Of a stretch of DNA of 25,956 bases, positions 18,476 through 25,956 are shown in pieces. This DNA is from Oscillospiraceae bacterium (lineage in GTDB: Bacteria > Bacillota > Clostridia > Oscillospirales > CAG-272), in the NCBI GenBank assembly GCA_009788105.1, contig WQSD01000001.1, forward strand, positions 1 to 25,956, written 5' to 3'. Below the pieces are notes generated by a model. That model saw nothing but the letters and a program-made list of their open reading frames with translations, was not told where the DNA came from and ran no database searches. Position 1 is the first letter of the stretch; every line of letters begins with the position of its first letter. The position numbers and the translations under genes are program-made.

Positions 18476-18518
18476 GCGCACCTCGTCGCCACAAAACCAA
18501 CCACCAAAGGAAACACAC

Positions 18519-19808
18519 ATGGACAACCACTACACCGAAGACACCACCCTGCGCCGCTGCTCCTTCTGCGGGCGAAGCGAGCTTGAAGTGGAGCTGCTTA
18601 TCCCTGCACCAGGGGCAGAAGCCACCACTATCTGCGAAGATTGCGTTGACGCTTGCGGGCATATTATCAGCGGATTTCGCCGTGGACAGCACGCCGCCGC
18701 ACGAAAAGAGAGCGACACCCTCACCCTTGCCACCCTGCCTACCCCGGCAGAGATTAACGCCAAGCTGGACGACTATGTGGTGGGGCAAAGCTGTGCCAAG
18801 CGCACCCTTTCGGTGGCGGTGTACAACCATTACAAGCGGATTTTATCTCGCAAGGACAAAAAAGAAGCGGACGAGGTGGAGATTCAAAAAAGCAACGTGC
18901 TTCTTCTTGGTCCAACCGGGGTGGGCAAGACCTTTATCGCCCAAATGCTGGCGAAAACTCTCCGTGTGCCGTTCGCCATCGCCGACGCTACCACCCTCAC
19001 CGAGGCGGGATATGTGGGCGAGGATGTGGAAAACATTCTGCTAAAGCTAATCCAGGCGGCGGACTTTGACATCGAGCGGGCAGAAACCGGGATAATCTAT
19101 ATTGACGAGGTGGACAAAATCTCCCGCCGAAGCGAAAATCGCTCCATCACCCGTGACGTAAGCGGAGAGGGTGTGCAACAAGCCCTGCTGAAAATCCTTG
19201 AGGGGACAGTGGCAAACGTGCCGCCTCAGGGCGGACGGAAACACCCCAACCAAGATTTTATACAGATTAACACCGAGAATATCCTGTTCATCTGCGGGGG
19301 GGCGTTCGACTCTCTTGACCAGATTATCGAACAGCGAGAGGGGCGTGGGGCTATCGGCTTTAACGCCAAGGTGAAGGGAAAAACCGAGCTTGCCAAGGAA
19401 AATATCATGAAAGAGGCAACCCCCCATGATATTATCAAATACGGCTTGATTCCCGAGCTTGTGGGACGACTGCCTGTCATGGCGACCCTTGATTCTCTTG
19501 ACCGTGACGCACTTGTGCGGATACTTTCGGTGCCGAAGAATGCCATTATCAAGCAGTATCAAAAGCTGTTATCCATGGACCACGCTGACCTGGAGTTCAC
19601 TCCTGACGCGTTGGAGCTTATCGCCGACCGCGCCATTGAGCGGAACACTGGGGCAAGGGGGCTACGCTCTATCATGGAGGGCATCATGCTGGACGTAATG
19701 TACGAGCTACCCTCCCGCCGTGATGTGGAAAAAGTCACCATCACCCGCGAAATGATAGAAAAAAACCAACAGGCAGAGTACCAACTGCGTAAAGAAGAGG
19801 CGAGTTAA
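18519..19808 (+). CDS. clpX: ATP-dependent Clp protease ATP-binding subunit
   Basis: N-terminal CSFCG zinc-binding domain, [20 protein letters not shown] loop. Confidence 0.98.
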   Translation: MDNHYTEDTTLRRCSFCGRSELEVELLIPAPGAEATTICEDCVDACGHIISGFRRGQHAAARKESDTLTLATLPTPAEINAKLDDYVVGQSCAKRTLSVAVYNHYKRILSRKDKKEADEVEIQKSNVLLLGPTGVGKTFIAQMLAKTLRVPFAIADATTLTEAGYVGEDVENILLKLIQAADFDIERAETGIIYIDEVDKISRRSENRSITRDVSGEGVQQALLKILEGTVANVPPQGGRKHPNQDFIQINTENILFICGGAFDSLDQIIEQREGRGAIGFNAKVKGKTELAKENIMKEATPHDIIKYGLIPELVGRLPVMATLDSLDRDALVRILSVPKNAIIKQYQKLLSMDHADLEFTPDALELIADRAIERNTGARGLRSIMEGIMLDVMYELPSRRDVEKVTITREMIEKNQQAEYQLRKEEAS

Positions 19809-19823
19809 TCTTTCAGAGTGAAG

Positions 19824-19995
19824 AAAAAGGTCAAGGTCGTGGGGTTTCACCCCACACCCGACCACCTTTTTGAAAAAAGGTGGAACAAAAACTTTTTTCT
19901 TAAAAGCATGAAATGCTTTTGTGCCAAAGTTTTTGAGGTTCTTAGGAACTTTTTTCAAAAAGTTCCTAAGTGGGGTTTGGGGCAACGCCCCAAGA
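19824..19995 (+). repeat. Host modular palindromic repeat (AAGGTCAAG family)
   Basis: Serial hairpins GTGGGG/CCCCAC, CCACCTTTTT/AAAAAGGTGG, TTAGGAAC/GTTCCTAA, GGGGC/GCCCC. Inverted copy at 21783-22031. Confidence 0.85.
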
Positions 19996-20083
19996 CAAAT
20001 AAGACTTTTTCTTTTCGGCGAAGTGTGTTATAATAGAATTAAATCTTGTCCATGTGCGTATTATGGTACATGGGGGATTTGTT

Positions 20084-20728
20084 ATGAGCGAAAAAAAGTT
20101 TTCAGAATTGTTTGCGGGCAAACGAAAGTACAAGGAGTTTTACTACGAAAAGCGGAACAAGCGAACAGCTACAAAGTCAGAGCGACTGGTGCTTGCTATG
20201 TTCGTGGTCTTTGTCGTCCTTGGACTTGGAGCGGGAATAGGGCTGTTCCACCTAAACGGCGAGGGGGCAGTCACCACAGCCTTGCAACGGGGGTATGTAT
20301 ACGCATTTTTGTCCGACGGCTTCGACTTTGGGCGAATGGCGGTGGCATTTGCATGGCTACTTCTGCCCATGGTACTCTTGCTTGCGGCTGGATTCAGTCG
20401 TCTGTGTGCGGGAACTGCGGTCTTTGTGCTTTTTCTTCGCGCGACCCTGTCAGGATACGGAATGTACGCCTTGTTTTCCGCATTAGACAGCGCACTGGTG
20501 TGGCAGATATTGCTGTTCGCATCTCTTGTCCTGCTTGAATTTATCATACTTGCCGTCACTTTATCCTATGCACAAACGGCGTTTTTTCACTCGGACTACA
20601 TATTTCGCAATAGCAAGCGTCTGCGTGAATCGGTAGTCAGCGGACAATTTATCGTTGATGCACTATTCTTCTGCGGATTGCTTATTATCCTGTTTTTTAT
20701 CCGCGCCGCCCTGGCACGATTGTTATAA
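20084..20728 (+). CDS. Multi-pass membrane protein (214 aa), possibly SpoIIM-like
   Basis: About five hydrophobic segments. ATG at 20084 after GGGGGA. The SpoIIM similarity is only an impression. Confidence 0.55.
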   Translation: MSEKKFSELFAGKRKYKEFYYEKRNKRTATKSERLVLAMFVVFVVLGLGAGIGLFHLNGEGAVTTALQRGYVYAFLSDGFDFGRMAVAFAWLLLPMVLLLAAGFSRLCAGTAVFVLFLRATLSGYGMYALFSALDSALVWQILLFASLVLLEFIILAVTLSYAQTAFFHSDYIFRNSKRLRESVVSGQFIVDALFFCGLLIILFFIRAALARLL

Positions 20729-20752
20729 AATATTGCAAAGGAACTACCAAAA

Positions 20753-21757
20753 ATGTCAAACGAAAAAAAGCCATTTAATCTGTTTAATTTTATCCATGGC
20801 CGCCGTGAGCGGGAGGACGACCTGGGGCATGACCCGCTTGATGTAAACGCCCCGCGGGATATTATCTTTTTCTTCAAGCTCTTTTGGCGGCGAGTGAACA
20901 ACATTTTTTCGCTAAATTTTTTGTTTATTGCAGGGAACTTTCCGTTTATCTTCCTGCTTTTTGCCATGTCGGGATTGTTCAGCCAAATGTCAACCACTCC
21001 AGCCTCGCCGCTCTTTCCAAATATATACGGAGCGTTGCACGGAGCCGACCCCACTCCATACACAGCGGCATTTAACGGAATTTTTGGCGTTCAACGAACG
21101 ATATTTGTGAACACTACAGTCACATATATTTTTTACGGTATCGGTGCTCTTACCATTCTTACTTTTGGAGTGGTTAGCACGGGAATTTCTTTTGTGATGC
21201 GAAATATTACAAAGGGTGAATATGTTTTTGTTTGGCAAGAGTTTTCCAGTGCAGTAAAGAAAAATTGGAAGCAGGGGCTTATTCTTGGTGTGTTTGATAT
21301 TGCATTTATTGCGATGTGTATTCATAACATTATTTTCTTCTCCCTTGGTGAATACGGGAATTTTATTGTGCAAAATGAATTTATCATAAGTATGTTCTTC
21401 TTCTTCATGCTGTTTGTTGCAATTTTCTATCTTTTTGCAAGAATGCATATGTACCTTCTTGCTGTAACCTTTGAGTTAAGTGTGCCGAAAATCCTGAAAA
21501 ACTCCTTTATTCTTTCAATGGTTGGCTTAAAGCGAAATGTTCTTGGTTTGTTGGGCATTGTGGTGGTGCTTGTAATAAATATTATGCTGTTTGAAGCCTT
21601 TCCTCCTATTGGAATGGTTGCGCCGGTTATTATTACATTTTCTCTGCTGTATTTTATTATGTCATACACTGCGTGGCCAAACATTGAGCGCATTATGATA
21701 GAGCCATACTATCACGCCGACGGCACTCCTCGTGAGGGGACAGTTGAAGCGGATTAG
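20753..21757 (+). CDS. DUF624/YesL-family membrane protein (334 aa)
   Basis: TFGVVSTGISFVMRNITKGEYVFVWQEFSSAVKKNWKQG matches the DUF624 pattern. Multi-TM. Confidence 0.7.
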   Translation: MSNEKKPFNLFNFIHGRREREDDLGHDPLDVNAPRDIIFFFKLFWRRVNNIFSLNFLFIAGNFPFIFLLFAMSGLFSQMSTTPASPLFPNIYGALHGADPTPYTAAFNGIFGVQRTIFVNTTVTYIFYGIGALTILTFGVVSTGISFVMRNITKGEYVFVWQEFSSAVKKNWKQGLILGVFDIAFIAMCIHNIIFFSLGEYGNFIVQNEFIISMFFFFMLFVAIFYLFARMHMYLLAVTFELSVPKILKNSFILSMVGLKRNVLGLLGIVVVLVINIMLFEAFPPIGMVAPVIITFSLLYFIMSYTAWPNIERIMIEPYYHADGTPREGTVEAD

Positions 21758-21782
21758 AAGAGAATGTCAGGGTGAAAAAGTT

Positions 21783-22031
21783 TTTGCCTTGGGGCGTTGC
21801 CCCAAACCCCACTTAGGAACTTGCCCGCTCACGCGCTACGGTTGCCTGTTTGACGGCAAAGCCGCCAATGTCGCAACCTTCGGCGCTCACAAGGGCTTTG
21901 AAAAAAGTTCCTAAGAACCTCAAAAACTTTAGTACAAAAGCACTCTATGCTTTTGCGAGGAGAAGTTTTTGTTCCACCTTTTTACAAAAAGGTGGTCGGG
22001 TGTGGGGTGAAACCCCACGACCTTGACCTTT
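21783..22031 (-). repeat. Host modular palindromic repeat, inverted copy with 74-nt nested insert
   Basis: Reverse complement of 19824-19995, with extra sequence at 21823-21896 inside a hairpin loop. Confidence 0.85.
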
Positions 22032-22043
22032 ATCGACAAGTTG

Positions 22044-22074
22044 AAACGCCCACCCCTTTAAGGGGTGGGCGTTT
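22044..22074 (-). terminator. Intrinsic terminator of pnp (possibly bidirectional)
   Basis: 14-bp stem AAACGCCCACCCCT / AGGGGTGGGCGTTT. Confidence 0.8.
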
Positions 22075-22093
22075 TGTATAAGTCAATGCGAAC

Positions 22094-24490
22094 CTAATCT
22101 TTCTTTCCGAACAATCCACGCTTCTTCTTTGGCTCTTCTGCAGGAGGAGCAGGAGCTGGAGCTGGCGGGGCTGGAGGTGTCGGCGGCGCAACGGGTGCAC
22201 TTGGCGCGGCAGGGCGAGGAGCAGGCGCATTCTCGCTACGAGGTGGACGGCTGTCACCGCCACGATTGTTAGCGTCGCGATTCTCACGATAGCCTGTACC
22301 GCTTGGACGAGAGACGCGGTCACCACCGCCGCCACGAGGGCGGTCGTTGTTACGTGGCGGGCGAGGACGGTCGCTGTCGCTGTTCTCTCCACCGGGCAAG
22401 GTCGCCTTGCGAGAAAGGTTAATGCCCTTGTCGTCGCTACCGATATATTTCACTGTGATTTCGTCACCAATATCCACGATACCCTCAAGGGTTTCGGTGC
22501 GGGCAACATCATAGTTACGAATATGCAAAAATCCGGTCTTGCCAGGAGAAAACTCCACCTTACAGCCGATTGGGAACACCGCAACAACCTTCCCGGTGAA
22601 CACCATGCCAACTTCAGGCTCAAAGCAGATGCCGTCGATAATCTTCTTCGCCGCCTCTGCCGCTTCACCGCTTGGAGAAGCGATATACACCGTGCCGTCG
22701 TCGTCAATGTCAATCTTTGCACCTGTGTCAGCAACGATTTTTTGAATAACTTCTCCACCTTTGCCGATAATCTCGCGGATTTTCTCCACTTTGACTTTCA
22801 TAATCAGCATTTTTGGCGCCCACTGGCTTACTTCGGCACGTGGCTCAGGAATAGCTTTGCATATTACTTCATCAATGATTTGCTCACGTCCGCCTTTTGT
22901 CATATCAAGTGCGGCTTTGACGATTTCAGGTGTCAAGCCGTCAACTTTAATGTCCACTTGGATAGAGGTAATACCATTTTTCGTTCCCGCAACCTTAAAG
23001 TCCATGTCGCCGAAAAAGTCCTCCACCCCTTGAATGTCCATCATAATATCCCACTTGCCGTCCTCGTCGGTGATCAGACCGCAGGAAATACCGGCAACAG
23101 GAGCGGCAATCGGCACGCCTGCCGCCATTAGGGCAAGGGTTGAACCGCACACCGCACCTTGGGAAGTGGAGCCGTTGGACGAGAGAATCTCGCTCACTAA
23201 TCGAATGGCATATGGGAACTCCTCGATGCTTGGTAGCACAGGAAGAAGTGATTTTTCCGCAAGCGCACCATGACCAATTTCACGGCGACCCGGCCCACGA
23301 GATGGACGAGCCTCTCCCACCGAAAACGAGGGGAAATTGTAGTGGTGCATATAGCGTTTGGTTTCATCTTCGTCAATGGTGTCAAGGTTTTGCGCCTCGG
23401 ACATCATGCCAAGGGTGGCAACAGTCAGCACCTGGGTTTGCCCACGAGCAAACAATCCGCTACCATGAACACGCGGAATAGTGTCCACCTCGGCAGACAG
23501 CCCACGAATTTGTGTCATGCTACGCCCGTCAACACGCTTTTTATCAAGAAGCCAGCGACGAACGATTTTCTTTTGCGCTTGGTAAATCACTTCGCCAAGC
23601 AGCTTTGGCAAGTCGGGATATTGCTCCTCGAACTTTTCCAAAATTGCGTCACGAATAGGCTTCATTCGCTCGTCACGAACGTTTTTGTCGTCTGTGTCAA
23701 GGGCGGCTTCGATGTCAGCTTTGAATGCGCCTAAAATTGTGCCGAACATTTCGGGGCAAAGGGCATTTGATGTATACTCGAACTTTGGCTTGCCGATTTC
23801 AGCAACAATTGACAGGATAAAGTCGCAGATTTTGCCGATTTCCTCGTGGGCTTTCATGATACCAGCGTACACGGTTTCGTCATCGATTTGGTTAGCACCC
23901 GCCTCAATCATTACGATTTTGTCACGAGTTCCCGCAACGGTCAGGGTCATCTCGCTCTTTTTCCGTTGCTCGCTTGTTGGGTTAATGACAATTTCGCCGT
24001 CAACAAGCCCTACAAGCACTCCCGCAATAGGCCCTGCCCACGGAATGTCCGAGATTGACAAAGCAATAGATGCACCAACCATGCCCACAAACTCGGGCAG
24101 ACAATCGTTGTCCACGCTGGTCACAAGCATTGACAGGGCAACGTCGTTGCGCAGGTCATCAGGGAAGAGGGGGCGAATTGGGCGGTCGATTACACGAGAA
24201 GTCAGCACCGCTTTTTCGCTGGGGCGACCCTCACGGCGGATATATCCTCCCGGAATGCGCCCGACGGCGTACAGCTTTTCCTCAAAGTCAACGGACAGCG
24301 GCAGATAGTCGATGCCGTCACGAGGCTTGTCCGATGCGGTGGCGGTGCACATTACTGTTGTGTCGCCATAGCGAACAAAGGCAGCTCCGTTAGCAAGGCC
24401 TGCCATTTTCCCAGTTTCTACAACAAGTTTGCGTCCTGCAACGGTGGTTTCAAATGTCCGTTGCTGGGGGTAGTCTAATTTTGTTATCAT
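22094..24490 (-). CDS. pnp: Polyribonucleotide nucleotidyltransferase with long low-complexity C-terminal tail
   Basis: Two RNase PH domains (RRE GRP, SNGSTS, DMDFKVAG), KH (IIGKGG) and S1 domains. Downstream of rpsO. Confidence 0.98.
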   Translation of the reverse strand: MITKLDYPQQRTFETTVAGRKLVVETGKMAGLANGAAFVRYGDTTVMCTATASDKPRDGIDYLPLSVDFEEKLYAVGRIPGGYIRREGRPSEKAVLTSRVIDRPIRPLFPDDLRNDVALSMLVTSVDNDCLPEFVGMVGASIALSISDIPWAGPIAGVLVGLVDGEIVINPTSEQRKKSEMTLTVAGTRDKIVMIEAGANQIDDETVYAGIMKAHEEIGKICDFILSIVAEIGKPKFEYTSNALCPEMFGTILGAFKADIEAALDTDDKNVRDERMKPIRDAILEKFEEQYPDLPKLLGEVIYQAQKKIVRRWLLDKKRVDGRSMTQIRGLSAEVDTIPRVHGSGLFARGQTQVLTVATLGMMSEAQNLDTIDEDETKRYMHHYNFPSFSVGEARPSRGPGRREIGHGALAEKSLLPVLPSIEEFPYAIRLVSEILSSNGSTSQGAVCGSTLALMAAGVPIAAPVAGISCGLITDEDGKWDIMMDIQGVEDFFGDMDFKVAGTKNGITSIQVDIKVDGLTPEIVKAALDMTKGGREQIIDEVICKAIPEPRAEVSQWAPKMLIMKVKVEKIREIIGKGGEVIQKIVADTGAKIDIDDDGTVYIASPSGEAAEAAKKIIDGICFEPEVGMVFTGKVVAVFPIGCKVEFSPGKTGFLHIRNYDVARTETLEGIVDIGDEITVKYIGSDDKGINLSRKATLPGGENSDSDRPRPPRNNDRPRGGGGDRVSRPSGTGYRENRDANNRGGDSRPPRSENAPAPRPAAPSAPVAPPTPPAPPAPAPAPPAEEPKKKRGLFGKKD

Positions 24491-24536
24491 TTTTGTCTCT
24501 CTTTTCCTTTTCTTTATAAAAATTTCTTTATAAAAT

Positions 24537-24581
24537 CGTCAGAAACTTTTTGAAAAAAGTTTCCGACACCTTCAAAAACTT
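24537..24581 (+). repeat. Host palindromic repeat module
   Basis: 43/45 identical to 12248-12292. Confidence 0.8.
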
Positions 24582-24703
24582 AAATTAAAATAGTTTTTGG
24601 CGCTTGCATCGTTTGTTAGGAAAACCACTTCGGTTTCGTCTGCAAGAGTGAGGTAATAGTACATCATACGCAGTTCTCCTTTATCAAACAAAACAAGGGA
24701 ACA

Positions 24704-24730
24704 TGGCGTTACACCAACGGCGTAACACCA
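24704..24730 (-). terminator. Putative rpsO terminator
   Basis: Minus-strand 12-bp stem with two G-U pairs (TGGTGTTACGCC/GGTGTAACGCCA), followed by a T-rich tract. Confidence 0.6.
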
Positions 24731-24746
24731 AAGCTCCCCTATAATC

Positions 24747-25010
24747 CTACTTACGAATGCCTAATTTCTCGATAAGTGTGCGATAACGCTCAATGTCTTT
24801 CTTTTGCAAATAGCCAAGCAAGCTACGGCGAACACCAACCATTTTCAGCAGTCCGCGACGGCTGTGATGGTCCTTTTTGTTCACTTTCAAATGCTCGGTC
24901 AAGTGGTTGATGCGGTAGGTCAGAATTGCCACTTGCACTTCTGGCGAGCCTGTGTCAGACTCGTGGGTTTTGTACTGGTCGATAATACCTTTTTTGATTT
25001 CTGCGGTCAT
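24747..25010 (-). CDS. rpsO: 30S ribosomal protein S15 (87 aa)
   Basis: [13 protein letters not shown] and [14 protein letters not shown] motifs. GAGGTG upstream of the ATG at 25010. Confidence 0.98.
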   Translation of the reverse strand: MTAEIKKGIIDQYKTHESDTGSPEVQVAILTYRINHLTEHLKVNKKDHHSRRGLLKMVGVRRSLLGYLQKKDIERYRTLIEKLGIRK

Positions 25011-25129
25011 GTTTTCACCTCTTTTATAGTCTTGCGACTTGAATTTTGTCGTTACACGAACGTTGGGGCATGGTGAGTGACAGAAGCATGGCTGCCTGTA
25101 TCCCGCAACATTGTGTACGTATAGTGGTG

Positions 25130-25257
25130 GTGTTGAATAAAGATGGAACAAGGTCAATCATGCCATCGCTCACGCATTTCGCACCTGCGCGCAGGCAACC
25201 GAAGAGAGTGAGCGAAGTGCAACTATTCGCCACTTTCCGCCGAGATATTCAACACAC
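25130..25257 (-). ncRNA. Candidate structured RNA, copy B
   Basis: Same conserved blocks and closing stem as 9315-9472. Starts about 4 nt after the predicted TSS of the promoter at 25268-25296. Confidence 0.5.
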
Positions 25258-25267
25258 CCTTGGTACA

Positions 25268-25296
25268 ATAATATCACATTTTGTGGTAAAAGTAAA
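25268..25296 (-). promoter_or_regulatory. Putative sigma-A promoter
   Basis: Minus strand TTTACT-17 nt-TATTAT with TG extension. Confidence 0.55.
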
Positions 25297-25647
25297 GGGT
25301 CAACGGCTTGTTCACACAAAATTTACAATGCCCGCTTTCTTACTTGCGTGGAAATGAATTGCCCGTAAGCGAAAAAACTGCCCCTCAGCACTTGATATTC
25401 GCAATACGGACTGCTTCGTTTCCGAAAAAAGCGTAAAGGACAACGCTTTCTTTTCAGAAATTACGCTGTCCTTCGGCGCTTTGTAGCATTGGTGATTGAA
25501 AGTAAAAAGGGTTCACACAAAGCAAACCCTGATTTATTCGCGTCGCGTTGCGACTGGTCTGATAGCCCTTATGGGACTTAGCCAGAAACCAACTAATATC
25601 AACGAAAACCAGCAATTCAAAAACAGCGTTTACACTTTTCATGCTTA

Positions 25648-25676
25648 ACTATACCACACAAAAATCAAAAAAGCAA
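25648..25676 (-). promoter_or_regulatory. Putative sigma-A promoter overlapped by an 11-bp inverted repeat
   Basis: Minus strand TTGCTT-17 nt-TATAGT with TG extension. Inverted repeat CAAGCCTAAAT/ATTTAGGCTTG at 25674-25701. Confidence 0.55.
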
Positions 25677-25736
25677 GCCTAAATTTTCAGATTTAGGCTT
25701 GTTTTATTTTTGCGATGAAATCAAAAGGAGAAACCC

Positions 25737-25956
25737 ATGCCCCAACTCACCGAAGAACAAATCGTCCTTGCAAATTCAATAGACCTACTCACCTACCTCC
25801 AAACCCACGCACCGCAGATGGTTCGCCGCAGCGGAGCAGATGAATATTGCCTTGTTGAACACGACAGCTTCAAAATGTCCAACGGCAAATGGTACTGGCA
25901 TTCACGAGGATTCGGCGGTCACACAGCCCTATGCTATCTCCGCAAGGTCGAGGGGA
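25737..25956 (+). CDS. 5' part of DUF3991/TOPRIM primase-like protein (truncated by window end)
   Basis: AAGGAG RBS. Manual translation MPQLTEEQIVLANSIDLLTYLQ...EHDSFKMSNGKWYWHSRGFGGHTALCYLRKVEG resembles N termini of ICE-type DUF3991/TOPRIM proteins. Confidence 0.7.
   Translation, partial: MPQLTEEQIVLANSIDLLTYLQTHAPQMVRRSGADEYCLVEHDSFKMSNGKWYWHSRGFGGHTALCYLRKVEG

Overview
A Clostridia-like (Firmicutes) chromosomal window. Positions ~189-11302 form an ~11.1 kb integrated element between the convergent ogt and jag genes. It is bounded by imperfect terminal inverted repeats and carries a large serine recombinase, a TnpW-like peptide and an AAA_25/RepA-like ATPase. Its five-gene minus-strand cargo operon encodes a membrane-anchored protein, a small Arg-rich secreted protein, an acidic lipoprotein, an ABC ATPase and an ABC permease. 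No relaxase is visible. The rest is mostly housekeeping: rpmH-rnpA-yidD-yidC-jag (no dnaA or mnmE neighbours), tig-clpP-clpX, two membrane-protein genes and rpsO-pnp. Two type II toxin-antitoxin modules interrupt tig-clpP-clpX, each flanked by a short direct repeat (27 bp and 12 bp). Core intergenic regions carry modular palindromic REP/MITE-like repeats. A candidate structured RNA occurs twice, upstream of the recombinase and upstream of rpsO, with identical blocks and a variable stem. A DUF3991/TOPRIM-like gene at the right edge suggests a second mobile element. All family calls are from motif recognition by eye; no searches were run.
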